This document shows, in pieces, positions 49,692 through 63,072 of a DNA stretch of 63,323 bases. The translations under genes and the position numbers were made by a program. The DNA comes from Nemertoderma westbladi (lineage: Eukaryota; Animalia; Xenacoelomorpha), in contig JAUCBJ010007861.1 in NCBI GenBank assembly GCA_032718475.1, positions 1 through 63,323 on the forward strand. The letters are read 5' to 3'. The number at the start of each line of letters is the position of its first letter. The stretch's first letter is position 1. The notes under the pieces are model-generated. The model was not told the DNA's origin, ran no database searches, and saw nothing but the letters and a program-made list of their open reading frames with translations.

Positions 49692-51982
49692 TCATTATTA
49701 ATTAAATTAGTATAATATATATCTTTTAACATTATATTTCGTATGAATTATTTTGTATATTTTGCAATAACATTATTAATTGTTACCATAAAATAAAAAT
49801 AATATTTTTTAGATTTGTTTAATTAATTATTTATCTTTCAACTATTTATTCAGGATGAAGATATATAGACTGTACTGTAGATACATCATGTAAATATAGT
49901 ACATCCGCTGGGACGCCAATATTTTATTTTTTTATATTCTTAATTAAATATTAAATTTAACCTTTTTTCTTGCTGATCCATCGCCTCCCTAGAGTTTCCA
50001 CATCCCAGTTGGCCATATCTGCCAGACAATCCTCTTCATATATTTTGCATCTGTCACTGAAGTTGAAAGACCTGGTATAATCGATGATGTTGATTGTTTA
50101 TCCTGGGATAGATTATTATTAAATTTAGAACCATATGTCGATTTCTTAGGAGTACTCGTTTTGGGTCGTCTATTAGCAAGACTACTCTTTGTTTTCGTGA
50201 CATCTACCTGACTATGTACAGATTTAGAAAACGGCCCAGGAATCGGCGTTGGTAAACCCTTGCTTTGAAAGGAAAGCCCCACTCTTTTATTAGCTTTTGT
50301 CCACTCATCACACGAAGAAATTACGGGTTGACTGATAAGTTTAACCGAATTTCACGTTTTAATTGTCAAAACGAGTACTTATATATTTCACTTCCCTGGC
50401 CTTGTCAAGTATTGCTTGAAAATTTATATCTCTTAGATTTCTGTGGATATGACTTCAGCAGTATAGTACTCCCCAACACTGTACCGCACTTCATAATTCT
50501 CTTGCATCTTTACTGCGTCACGATTATAATTGAGAACTTCTCACTTAAGCTCCACTGCCCAAATTTGGCAGTCATGACGACAATATACAATTCAATTTTA
50601 GTATTTAATCAGATAAACTGACATATAAATAAAACTGTAAAAATGCGGCTACTAGAATCGCAGACAACGTTAAGAATAAATAAAATGTAATGTTCACAGT
50701 TAATAAACGATTTAGCCAATGCAATGTAGTAGTAACAAAAGGTGCATTGTGGTATTTAATATTATTACTCAAGAGCAATGTAGTATATGGAAAAGTACTC
50801 TATGATTGTCGAGTGTTTCGTTTCAAAATTTACACCCACTGTATCATAAATCCCCTTTACAAAATTTTTGCTTGCTACTTCTTTAATAGAGAGCGATCCA
50901 TTTTTGATGTTTTCTAAAATTGTTTTGCTGTATTTGAGTTGTAGCATGGATTTCAGCGATGGACAGCGGAAATATTTCAAACATTTTGCAAATGTTGAAA
51001 CCAAGCCTTGGTAAGTCGGAGACATAAGTTTTGAGTGGTTAATCTGTAAGTTACTCCGTAGGACTGATTGAAGTATATGATTAGGTGTGTATTGCAGACG
51101 AATTAGTAGTCGCGCTGCGGCACGAAAACAATACAAATGTTATTAGAAATGCTTACATAAATGATTGTACTGCGTAACTAAAATATAGGACTGGCCTACT
51201 TGAATTTTCGGAACAAAATCATTGCAATTTAAAGAGAAGGGGGGGGGGGGGGGGGGGGGGCAACTAAACTCAATGACGCAAATCCCACCTGCTGACCTGA
51301 GCAAATCAACATTGGTAATTATTTATGGAAAGAAACAGGTTACAGTGGCAGGCTATGGTGTCTCTAAAGGGTCAAATATAAATAATAAAAACCTCTATGA
51401 AACAATAAAATGCTGCAGTAATAAATATTTGTTACTACTTTATTGTTTCAGAGGTTTTTATTAATATTAATTTTACCCTTTAGAGTCGCCATAGCGGGCT
51501 ATTATGCAAGCAATCAGCTATTATGTGCTTCGATTTTCCCTTGGAGATGGTTGAATTTTGTTTTGTTGATTGCGTCTAGAACCCCCCCCCCCCCACATCT
51601 CTATTTTCGAGTTAGTACGGCTTTTGTTGAGTGGTGAATTTGGTGAGCACCAAAATTTACATTTACGCCTAAAAATAAGAGTTACAATGATCTGGAGCAT
51701 TATAAAATTTATTCCATTAGAATCAGCACTCCTTGACATTTTTTGGGTCTGATTCAGACAAGTAAATGATAAGGGAAGGGTAATATGGGTCAATGCCAAC
51801 CATATTGACCAATGTCTCGTAAGTTATTTTTGAAATTATCAAAGCCAACCAACCATTCATTCTCGAATGATTTACATTTTTGTATATTTTGTGTCTCGTA
51901 CGTGACTTGGTCAATGGTCAATACGGTTGGCATTTAACATATACAACATTTACATCCATAATAATAAATAACCTGGTATATA

Positions 51983-53996
51983 CAGTCGGGGTCTCAAAGT
52001 GCATCTGTTCTTTGAGATTTTCTCAAAGAACTAAAAGTGTCTCAAATTTCTAAAAGTGGTCCAAGAAAATGACAAAGTGTCCTCAAAGATTTCAAAGTAG
52101 TACTGTCAGTCATTTCATATAGTCCTGCCTGAAGCTGGCTATGGTATGGGGTATATTGACTTTGACTATAGGGTAAAATATAAGTAATAAAAACCTCTAT
52201 GAAACAATAAAGATGCCTCTAAAAAATACTGCAGTAATAAATATTTGTTACTGAAAGTAAGAATTAAACTTACTGCAGTAATAAAAAATTGTCTTTTTCT
52301 GCAGTAACAAATAATTTGTTACTGCAGTAGAAATTTTTATTCAATTATTTATTAATGTTGATTACTGCAGTATAAATTTTTATTCAATTATTTATTAATT
52401 TATTAATATTGATTATTGCAGTAATAAATATTTGTTACTGCAGTAATAAATATTTGTTACCGCAGCAATAAATATTTATTACTGCAGTAATAAATATTTG
52501 TTACTGCAGTAATTGTTATATGTTACTGCAGTAACTAATAGTTAATACAGCAGTATTTTTGTAGGTATTTTTATTGTTTCATAGAGGATTTTATTAATTT
52601 ATATTTGGACGCTTTAGACGATTTGGACGCCATAATTGCGGGCTATCGGAATGTGTTGGTATTTGTGTCAGAGACAGTTTGTCTGTTGCCCTATCTATAT
52701 TAATGTATAGTGCTAAAACTGTATTGTTTAAATTTGTTTAGCCCACGTGAACGCCGAATACCTTTACCAATGCATTTCAATGGTCAACCAGCCATACTTT
52801 GCCGCACTGTAAATTGTGTTATACAAAGTAAAGAATAACGATAGAGGCAGGAATAAAGATAAACGATTCAAGCGCACTAATTGGCTGTTCCCATAGATGT
52901 TTTAGGCATTGTTGGTGCGCAATGCATATGGTCAGAGCGACCGCCCAGTCTGCCAAAATCTATTATGTAATCAAATGGTACCACAAGCCAAGCAAAGCAT
53001 GTGACAGTTCTTTCCGGCTCTGCACCTGTTTGTTTGAAGGTCGCCGTCCGTTGGTCGCTACTCGCTAGCTGTGATTGATAGCTTAAACTGGGTGCCGCTT
53101 TGCCAGAACGCGGTACACATCAATTGAATATGAGGCAAACATTTAAAATATGCTCAAATATAAACGCCAGCAGCAGGGGGTATTTTAATATCTCTATTAG
53201 GCTAAAACAACACAAGATTGTAGCCGTTCTATCGTACTTGAAAGTCGAAAGCCTTTCTTAGTTTTTAAGAAGGAATTCTCGCGCTCTCGTCAACATAGTT
53301 ATCATATTAATTAAACAGTTAAAGGTAGTACGGTTTGACCTGAGGTGACTAATGAAATGAATAACAAATGTAATTACAAGCTTTCTCCCAACAGGGCTTC
53401 TTTAGGTCATTATAATGAAACTGCGTATACACAGAGATACTACAGTGCAGTTTCTCTTATATTAATTGTTAATCTGATATTGTATTATGTTATTAAAATA
53501 ATCAATCTTGTTTTTCCTGTTTCATGTATTATTTGAATGAATGTTTTTTAGAAAGACTTTAGGGTGCCGTAAATTCAATTTGTACTTGCGACCTAAAACC
53601 TATCCCGTAATGACCTCAGGAACCTCAATTTGATAAATTAATGGGAATATAGCTTCTATGCAACAACTTGCCAGCACACAAGTATCACTTTGTTGCCCGC
53701 ATAATATTGTTCCCCGAGAATGCCTCTGCCTCTCAGTTAACTTACCACGAGCTGTCAATCAGGAATACCTCGGAGTTTATTTTCTCAAAGAATTAAAAGT
53801 GCCGCAAACTACCTCAAAGTGACATTTCTCAAAGAATTAAAAGTGCCTAAAAGTAGGAAATCACTTTGAGATTCCCAACTAAAAGTGTCTACAAGAATTC
53901 AAAGCGGCCGTTGGGAGTAATGTAATGACTTTTAGACACTTTTAGAAAAACTTTGAGAAAATCTCAAAGAACAGATGCACTTTGAGACCCCGACTG
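51983..53996. mobile_element. Non-autonomous Tc1/mariner-type TIR element
   Basis: ~46-bp perfect TIR cagtcggggtctcaaagtgcatctgttctttgagattttctcaaag; TA TSD; no transposase ORF. Confidence 0.9.
52121..52647. mobile_element. Palindromic MITE-like repeat with ~22-bp actgcagtaataaatatttgtt subrepeats; shorter relative at 51352-51495
   Basis: Inverted arms aataaaaacctctatgaaacaataaa and tttattgtttcatagagg..tttatt. Confidence 0.55.
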
Positions 53997-54061
53997 TACA
54001 GTAGTTACGAGGGAGGTTTTTATTAAACGTAATACATTCAAAACGTGACGCTACTGTTAGA

Positions 54062-54840
54062 ATAGTACTTAAGTCATATCTGAACCAATATGAACCCAAT
54101 CTGAACCCAATCTGACCGAATCTATATACCAAATCTGAATCTAAAATAGAAAGAGGGGCGAAAATTATTAATTTTTGCATTCACAATTTTGAAATTTGAA
54201 GAAATTTTACATATTTATTTTCATATTTAAATTTGCCGGCAGCCGCGCTACTACTGATGTGTTGGGGAGTGACAACATACCTCAGTCAGTCTGTACATAG
54301 GCTACCTACATTACAGTTCTTACACCTCAAGGCCTACTACAGTTACTGCTGTACTGTGTGTATTCAGTCGTTAGCGTTATACTATACAGTAGCTACAGTA
54401 CCTGGCTAGGGGTAGGCAGCATGGTAGCGAAACTGAACTTCAACGAGTCCCGTAAATCTGTAGTTTGTCAGTTGGGCTACCGCCTACCGGTACAAGGTAG
54501 CTATGTGCTATAACGCCAACGACTGCATAGGCCTCCATACATTACAGCCTCAGTAAATGTAGTAGGCCTGCCTGGAGCTGTAAGAATTGTAATGTAGGTA
54601 GCCTATGTGCAGATGTATGATGTCAGCAGTAGTACTGCAGCTGCAGTACAAATACAAATGCCGCAATACAAAATTTAAATATGAAAAAAGATATGTAAAA
54701 TTTCTTCAAATTTCAAAATTGTTAATGCAAAAATTAATAATTTTCACCCTTCTTTCTATTTTCGATTCAGATTGGGTTCAGATTTGGTATAATTCTTGAG
54801 ATTGGGTACAGATTGGGTTCAGATATGGTTTAAGTACTAT
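54062..54840. mobile_element. Foldback/MITE with ~170-bp TIRs; second copy at ~57648-58426
   Basis: atagtacttaa..catatctgaacc and ggttcagatatg..ttaagtactat; aatctgaaccc subrepeats; interior also partly palindromic. Confidence 0.75.
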
Positions 54841-54845
54841 CCCTA

Positions 54846-55807
54846 CTACAAAATAGTTACAAAATATGCATTATCATATGTATTCAACATCACGGGCACT
54901 GCAATGTACCATTTAAAACTTAGCAAATGCCCAGAGTAAGGACAACCCTTACTATAGTAACCCTCTCCATATATGTTTGGTTCAAACAAGGAACAATATA
55001 TGTCAGAAATAAAATTTAGTTTTGATCCAATGATTATAGAATTATGTTCTAAAAAACTGGAAACCAAAATAATAATGTTACCAATTAAGATGAAATCGCC
55101 CTTATACAGTGGACTGTCTAGTTCTTCTACAGCACCAACCACTAATCCATTGGATTTCGATTTCGCCTCTTGCACTATTATTCTTGCATCCCGAGAGTTA
55201 TTTGAACGCTTAAGCTTGTTCATGAAGGACTCAAATTTGAATGCAGCCCAATCAATACAACTATATCGTTTGCAAAAGGGTGGAATATGTGTTAATAATT
55301 GCATGATAAATGTCAGGGCGTGTTTGGTGTACATTTCGCTCAACTGCCAGTGAAAGTTGCTAATGGGCATATTGTAGATATATGTCATCCTCACAGAGCT
55401 GTTGTGAAGCAAGAATCTGAACTGCAACATGTAAACTCATAAGATGCTCGAAGTATCGCTTTGGTACGTAATATGTCTTTCATCAATGGAGATGTATATA
55501 AAATGAAGGTCCTGAACTCGGTGGCTTTGTAGTAATCAATGGAATCAAAGCCCCTTAGTTTTCTGTTAAATAAAAAAGTTCAGGCTTAGCCTTCCTAGTT
55601 TGTAAGGATGTCATTAGCTATCTTCTTCAAACTCGGCGACAAACAACACGATAATGGAGTATTCCGCAATGATGATTTATTACACCAATATCGAATGAGT
55701 TGCTTTACACACCCCAAACAAATGCAATGCATATAGTCAGGGGGGATACCAGTCGATATGGGCAATATTGTTGCACAACTACAATACCAATTATTCGCTG
55801 TTACCAA
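54846..55807 (-). pseudogene. EnSpm/CACTA (CMC) transposase fragment, copy A
   Basis: PPDYMHCICLG, RKLRGFDSIDYYKATEFRTFILY, IYN, AAFKFESFMNKLK across several frames. Confidence 0.8.
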
Positions 55808-55824
55808 TTATACTAATTATTATG

Positions 55825-56120
55825 TAACTTTTTGTTGGGCACAGCTTTTGCAAAGTCGGCAATGACGTCCAGGTGGGATCGAACTGGTGACCTCCAAGTT
55901 GGAAGTCTGACGCTCTAACCATTCAGCTAGCGGCTCAGGTAAAAGATAGACCAGGAAATACTATCTGATACCTTGTATGTCCGCAATTTACATCCTGATG
56001 GCCTCACAACTGTCAATATGTTGCCACTGCGCTCAACCCTATCGTACCAGTATCTCACTAGTTCGATCCCACCTGGACGTCATTGCCGACTTTGCAAAAG
56101 CTGTGCCCAACAAAAAGTTA
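55825..56120 (-). mobile_element. tRNA-derived element with ~66-bp inverted repeats, copy A
   Basis: A-box tagctgaatggttagagcg and B-box gttcgatccc on the minus strand at 55863-55936; near-perfect IR arms. Confidence 0.75.
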
Positions 56121-56170
56121 TAATAATATGAAACCACTTATTCACCACTTAATATGAAAACACTTATTCA

Positions 56171-56840
56171 CTACAATACCAATTATTATGTGTAGCAGAA
56201 CTACATTACCAATTATTATGTGTAGCAGAACTACAATACCAATTATTATGTGTAGCAGAACTACAATACCAATTATTATGTGTAGCAGAACTACAATACC
56301 AATTATTATGTGTAGCAGAACTACAATACCAATTATTATGTGTAGCAGAACTACAATACCAATTATTATGTGTAGCAGAACTACAATACCAATTATTATG
56401 TGTAGCAGAACTACAATACCAATTATTATGTGTAGCAGAACTACAATACCAATTATTATGTGTAGCAGAAATACAATACCAATTATTATGTGTAGCAGAA
56501 CTACAATACCAATTATTATGTGTAGCAGAACTACATTACCAATTATTATGTGTAGCAGAACTACAATACCAATTATTATGTGTAGCAGAACTACAATACC
56601 AATTATTATGTGTAGCAGAACTACAATACCAATTATTATGTGTAGCAGAACTACAATACCAATTATTATGTGTAGCAGAACTACAATACCAATTATTATG
56701 TGTAGCAGAACTACATTACCAATTATTATGTGTAGCAGAACTACAATACCAATTATTATGTGTAGCAGAACTACAATACCAATTATTATGTGTAGCAGAA
56801 CTACAATACCAATTATTATTATGTGTAGCAGAACTACAAT
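56171..56840. repeat. 30-bp minisatellite, about 22 copies
   Basis: ctacaataccaattattatgtgtagcagaa. Confidence 0.97.
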
Positions 56841-57577
56841 ACCGTATATTATTACCCTGTTATTTTGTTATTTTTCCGGATATTTTAACCCGAGGAACAG
56901 GAACTAGCCGAGGCGCAGCCGAGGCTTTCCTGTTCCGAGGGATAAATATATAGGGATAATATCCGAGGGATAATATAAATAATAAAAACCTCTATGAAAC
57001 AATAAAATGCTGCAGTAATAAATATTTGTTACTACTTTATTGTTTCAGAGGTTTTTATTAATATTAATTTTACCCTTTAGAGTCGCCATAGCGGGCTATT
57101 ATGCAAGCAATCAGCTATTATGTGCTTCGATTTTCCCTTGGAGATGGTTGAATTTTGTTTTGTTGATTGCGTCTAGAACCCCCCCCCCCCCACATCTCTA
57201 TTTTCGAGTTAGTACGGCTTTTGTTGAGTGGTGAATTTGGTGAGCACCAAAATTTACATTTACGCCTAAAAATAAGAGTTACAATGATCTGGAGCATTAT
57301 AAAATTTATTCCATTAGAATCAGCACTCCTTGACATTTTTTGGGTCTGATTCAGACAAGTAAATGATAAGGGAAGGGTAATATGGGTCAATGCCAACCAT
57401 ATTGACCAATGTCTCGGAAGTTATTTTTGAAATTATCAAAGCCAACCAACCATTCATTCTCGAATGATTTACATTTTTGTATATTTTGTGTCTCGTACGT
57501 GACTTGGTCAATGGTCAATACGGTTGGCATTTAACATATACAACATTTACATCCATAATAATAAATAACCTGGTATA

Positions 57578-57584
57578 TACTGTA
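57578..57584. other. Tc1/mariner-type excision footprint TA-CTG-TA
   Basis: Paralogous to the insertion site of 51983-53996; keeps both TA copies plus the element's last 3 nt. Confidence 0.85.
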
Positions 57585-58431
57585 CAGTAGTTACGAGGGA
57601 GGTTTTTATTAAACGTAATACATTCAAAACGTGACGCTACTGTTAGAATAGTAGTTAAGTCATATCTGAACCAATATGAACCCAATCTGAACCCAATCTG
57701 ACCGAATCTATATACCAAATCTGAATCTAAAATAGAAAGAGGGGCGAAAATTATTAATTTTTGCATTCACAATTTTGAAATTTGAAGAAATTTTACATAT
57801 TTATTTTCATATTTAAATTTGCCGGCAGCCGCGCTACTACTGATGTGTTGGGGAGTGACAACATACCTCAGTCAGTCTGTACATAGGCTACCTACATTAC
57901 AGTTCTTACACCTCAAGGCCTACTACAGTTACTGCTGTACTGTGTGTATTCAGTCGTTAGCGTTATACTATACAGTAGCTACAGTACCTGGCTAGGGGTA
58001 GGCAGCATGGTAGCGAAACTGAACTTCAACGAGTCCCGTAAATCTGTAGTTTGTCAGTTGGGCTACCGCCTACCGGTACAAGGTAGCTATGTGCTATAAC
58101 GCCAACGACTGCATAGGCCTCCATACATTACAGCCTCAGTAAATGTAGTAGGCCTGCCTGGAGCTGTAAGAATTGTAATGTAGGTAGCCTATGTGCAGAT
58201 GTATGATGTCAGCAGTAGTACTGCAGCTGCAGTACAAATACAAATGCCGCAATACAAAATTTAAATATGAAAAAAGATATGTAAAATTTCTTCAAATTTC
58301 AAAATTGTTAATGCAAAAATTAATAATTTTCACCCTTCTTTCTATTTTCGATTCAGATTGGGTTCAGATTTGGTATAATTCTTGAGATTGGGTCCAGATT
58401 GGGTTCAGATATGGTTTAAGTACTATCCCTA

Positions 58432-59394
58432 CTACAAAATAGTTACAAAATATGCATTATCATATGTATTCAACATCACGGGCACTGCAATGTACCATTT
58501 AAAACTTAGCAAATGCCCAGAGTAAGGACAACCCTTACTATAGTAACCCTCTCCATATATGTTTGGTTCAAACAAGGAACAATATATGTCAGAAATAAAA
58601 TTTAGTTTTGATCCAATGATTATAGAATTATGTTCTAAAAAACTGGAAACCAAAATAATAATGTTACCAATTAAGATGAAATCGCCCTTTTACAGTGGTC
58701 TGTCTAGTTCTTCTACAGCACCAACCACTAATCCATTGGATTTCGATTTCGCCTCTTGCACTATTATTCTTGCATCCCGAGAGTTATTTGAACGCTTAAG
58801 CTTGTTCATGAAGGACTCAAATTTGAATGCAGCCCAATCAATACAACTATATCGTTTGCAAAAGGGTGGAATATGTGTTAATAATTGCATGATAAATGTC
58901 AGGGCGTGTTTGGTGTACATTTCGCTCAACTGCCAGTGAAAGTTGCTAATGGGCATATTGTAGATATATGTCATCCTCACAGTGCTGTTGTGAAGCAAGA
59001 ATCTGAACTGCAACATGTAAACTCATAAGATGCTCGAAGTATCGCTTTGGTACGTAATATGTCTTTCATCAATGGAGATGTATATAAAATGAAGGTCCTG
59101 AACTCGGTGGCTTTGTAGTAATCAATGGAATCAAAGCCCCTTAGTTTTCTGTTAAATAAAAAAAGTTCAGGCTTAGCCTTCCTAGTTTGTAAGGATGCCA
59201 TTAGCTATCTTCTTCAAACTCGGCGACAAACAACACGATAATGGAGTATTCCGCAATGATGATTTATTACACCAATATCGAATGAGTTGCTTTACACACC
59301 CCAAACAAATGCAATGCATATAGTCAGGGGGGATACCAGTCGATATGGGCAATATTGTTGCACAACTACAATACCAATTATTCGCTGTTACCAA
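58432..59394 (-). pseudogene. EnSpm/CACTA transposase fragment, copy B
   Basis: Same motifs as copy A. Confidence 0.8.
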
Positions 59395-59411
59395 TTATAC
59401 TAATTATTATG

Positions 59412-59707
59412 TAACTTTTTGTTGGGCACAGCTTTTGCAAAGTCGGCAATGACGTCCAGGTGGGATCGAACTGGTGACCTCCAAGTTGGAAGTCTGACGC
59501 TCTAACCATTCAGCTAGCGGCTCAGGTAAAAGATAGACCAGGAAATACTATCTGATACATTGTATGTCCGCAATTTACATCCTGATGGCCTCACAACTGT
59601 CAATATGTTGCCACTGCGCTCAACCCTATCGTACCAGTATCTCACTAGTTCGATCCCACCTGGACGTCATTGCCGACTTTGCAAAAGCTGTGCCCAACAA
59701 AAAGTTA
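59412..59707 (-). mobile_element. tRNA-derived inverted-repeat element, copy B
   Basis: Near-identical to 55825-56120. Confidence 0.75.
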
Positions 59708-59757
59708 TAATAATATGAAACCACTTATTCACCACTTAATATGAAAACACTTATTCA

Positions 59758-60310
59758 CTACAATACCAATTATTATGTGTAGCAGAACTACATTACCAAT
59801 TATTATGTGTAGCAGAACTACAATACCAATTATTATGTGTAGCAGAACTACAATACCAATTATTATGTGTAGCAGAACTACAATACCAATTATTATGTGT
59901 AGCAGAACTACAATACCAATTATTATGTGTAGCAGAACTACAATACCAATTATTATGTGTAGCAGAACTACAATACCAATTATTATGTGTAGCAGAACTA
60001 CATTACCAATTATTATGTGTAGCAGAACTACAATACCAATTATTATGTGTAGCAGAACTACAATACCAATTATTATGTGTAGCAGAACTACAATACCAAT
60101 TATTATGTGTAGCAGAACTACAATACCAATTATTATGTGTAGCAGAACTACAATACCAATTATTATGTGTAGCAGAACTACATTACCAATTATTATGTGT
60201 AGCAGAACTACAATACCAATTATTATGTGTAGCAGAACTACAATACCAATTATTATGTGTAGCAGAACTACAATACCAATTATTATTATGTGTAGCAGAA
60301 CTACAATACC
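59758..60310. repeat. 30-bp minisatellite, about 18 copies
   Basis: Same unit as 56171-56840. Confidence 0.97.
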
Positions 60311-60314
60311 GTAT

Positions 60315-60449
60315 ATTATTACCCTGTTATTTTGTTATTTTTCCGGATATTTTAACCCGAGGAACAGGAACTAGCCGAGGCGCAGCCGAGGCTTTCCTGT
60401 TCCGAGGGTTAAAATATCCGGAAAAATAACAAAATAACAGGGTAATAAT
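60315..60449. repeat. ~55-bp-stem hairpin containing four CCGAGG direct repeats; probable Crypton end
   Basis: attattaccctgttattttg...ggaacaggaa / ttcctgttcc...caaaataacagggtaataat; loop contains CCGAGGcgcagCCGAGG. Confidence 0.7.
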
Positions 60450-61664
60450 CAAGTTGTTACTCACTAATCCCGGAAAAATAACATCATTACATGTCGTTAT
60501 TATACATTATTATATATTTACTTCATTGAATTCCGTTTCTAACTTCAAGAAGCTAAATGTTTCTAAAAGGGTTCTGTTTTGGGGAGAGGAAGAAAAAAGG
60601 GGCGTGGAAGTTTTGGGGGTTAAAAATATAAATAAATATTAATATTTATTCTTATGGTCCTTCTTAGGTCTAGACTTGTTTATTAGAATGACCCCCAGAG
60701 TTGGTTAAAGTTACTATATTATAATAAACAATATGGCTAAACCTCAATAGCACGAACTTTTATTCGAAATGTTACATAACTCCGTATTTAGAACGTGATG
60801 TAGAAATGATGAGACAGATGAAATTGTTTAGTAAGATAATTCGGTTAGTCCAATAGGTACCGGTCATTCATCTAAAGTTCCTCTTTGATTATAATTGCTT
60901 CTATAAGTAATTATCAATTCACGTTTATAATTATAAAGCATAAGAGAATAAGTGCGCACATGTTAGTTAATAGTTGCCACGTGTTACTATGACGTTGCCA
61001 AGGGACAATTTTCGCGTGGGCAGATTGTTAAAAAACAACCTGGGTTTTTTAAATTACCACGAAAAAATCAAACCCAGCGATATGGGAACCTGATTTAATA
61101 TTATAGTTTGGGAAACAGGATGAAAGGGTAATTCAATTTTTTCAATATATTCTGTCTGGTTGATAGTCGATCTTGTTGACTTTTTTGAGTTTTAATATTT
61201 ATTAGGCCTATCTATTTTCGTCGTTAGATAACGATTTAATTTTCGAATAACTCGTAGCCCAAGGCGTAATCGTAATCCAGCACTTCATAAGATTACAAGG
61301 CTTGTAGTAGTTATTAGTATAATATTTGTATCAATTGAAAATATTTGCTTGTTACATGGGTATTTAATTTGCATGTTTCAAGTTAGTTCAAGAGAAATCA
61401 AAGACAGATTAATTATAATAACAAAAACCGTAACTGTAACTGTAAACCAAAACACAAATGTTAAAGAAAACAGTAGTTAAGTAGAAAAATATTAAATCGT
61501 TAAATCGATGAAAGACTAAAAATAAAAAATATACACTTTCACAAATTAAAAAGTATTTAAGATTACAACAAAAATTTATATAGAAAAAAAGACATTGATA
61601 ACTTTATTTTCTCTCTTAATTTCTTATCTTATTAAATTAGTTTGGTGAACTGGAACTTAGATGT

Positions 61665-63072
61665 TTAAGACTTATTATTGAAAATAATATTGACAGGCGC
61701 GTGAAACTGTGCCCCCTGCAACAAGCTACTCATGAATTCAGACTTTGTTGACGGAATCTCGATATTCGTTTCTTGACGAACTGTATCGACTACTTCGTGA
61801 CTCTCATTTCCTCCGCTACTCTTCGAAACTTCTCGCCCTGATACACATTGACTCAATATCGTACTCAAGGATCGCTGAGTAGTAGTCGATGGTCGGATGT
61901 AAGACGTTGTTGTTCCCAGATTCGCATGTCCCAACTGTATTTGGGCAAAATTGGATGGCTGTCCAGAATCAACTATAGCCTGCGCCGCCGTCTTCCGATA
62001 ACTCATCAGTGTAATCTTTCGATTATCTGTTGTCAATCCTGCACGGCCGAACAGATCCCTTAATATAGTAGGGAAGGTGTGTTTTCCAACCGGTTGCATG
62101 GTGTACCAACTATCATCACGATTGGCCGGTACGGTTGGTTTGGGACGAACCCAAAATGGTGCTTCCTTGTCCATCTTCCCATCTGGAAATCTATGTTTAA
62201 TGTAACACTCGAATAGAGTCACAGGACAACAAGTGCAATCTTCGGGAAACTCGAAAGCTTTCACAGGGAATTTTCTAGGAGCAGTAATACCCTTTCGAGC
62301 CTTCGTTATCCGCTCTTTCAACTGAAGATAGAACTTATCTTCTTGGATGCAATAATGTTTCGTAATGTCTTTGACACGCATTTGGCGCATTTCTACGCCA
62401 GGTCTTGTCCCAAACTGAGTAGTAAGAACTAGATACAGTGTATCACGCAGCTGAAAATCCAAGTAATCCTTTGTCCTTCAATAATCTGAAATCCGACGCC
62501 TCTAATGGGTCACTCGAGTTAGCAAGGTTTCCTTTGCCCGATGCTTTTATTTGGGATAGACGGGCCCGGAGAATTTCTTTGGAACGGCTAAATTCTGGTA
62601 ATTTAAGGACATCGCCATGCCCCAAGTCTTTAAAATGACGCAGCAAACCATAGAAGTAACTTCGTAGAGAAGTTGTCTCTAACTTTTCTCCATTTTTCTT
62701 CTTGTATTTACGAATAAACCCATGAAAATTTATAGCCAGCACTTGAACAGATTGTTTATCTATATCTTCTGAGCATTTAACCAGATGAAGATAATTCTGA
62801 AAGGCAGAAACTGATTGCCGAGTTGACTCAGTTGTGTTATGATTATGCGTTTCCATTAGATACTGGTCATCATCATCATTGTTTTGAGATAGGCGATTGC
62901 AAAAACGATCATCAGATGAATTGTGCGGACCACTGACAAGGGGATATGTTTGAGTTTGACTCGCATCTTGATCTTCGACATCCGCTGAAAACATTGCTTC
63001 CAAATCACCCAAATCTGGACACTCGAAGCCTAGGCCTATTAAATCACTAGGCCTAAGCAATTGCGATTCCAT
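61665..63072 (-). pseudogene. Crypton-type tyrosine recombinase (DUF3504; ZMYM/QRICH1/KCTD1-related), one frameshift near 62450
   Basis: KKKNGE..TTSLRSY, GKGNLAN, FGTRPGVEMRQM (Arg), CPVTLFECY, WYTMQPVGKH, SYRKT, QLGH...SY. Confidence 0.85.

Larger units (their letters stand above)
51375..56941. repeat. Tandem segmental duplication, copy A (includes the 2-kb TIR element)
   Basis: Near-identical to 56972-60408, with matching ORF pairs in the ORF track. Confidence 0.93.
56972..60408. repeat. Tandem segmental duplication, copy B
   Basis: Matches copy A minus the TIR element and minus four 30-bp units. Confidence 0.93.

Noticed and set aside
49989-51136. ORFs upstream of the host gene as additional genes
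   Set aside because: Fragmentary, with stops and no convincing domain; possibly a decayed transposon accessory ORF
51239-51260. Poly-G run as a G-quadruplex element
   Set aside because: Simple homopolymer of unreliable length with no supporting context
55863-55936. Functional tRNA-Gly(TCC)
   Set aside because: The T-stem, anticodon stem and acceptor stem do not pair properly; embedded in a repeat
56171-60310. 30-bp repeats as CRISPR arrays, or the CSRTTIPIIM ORFs as proteins
   Set aside because: Head-to-tail units with no unique spacers, no cas genes, eukaryotic context; the ORFs arise from a stop-free repeat frame
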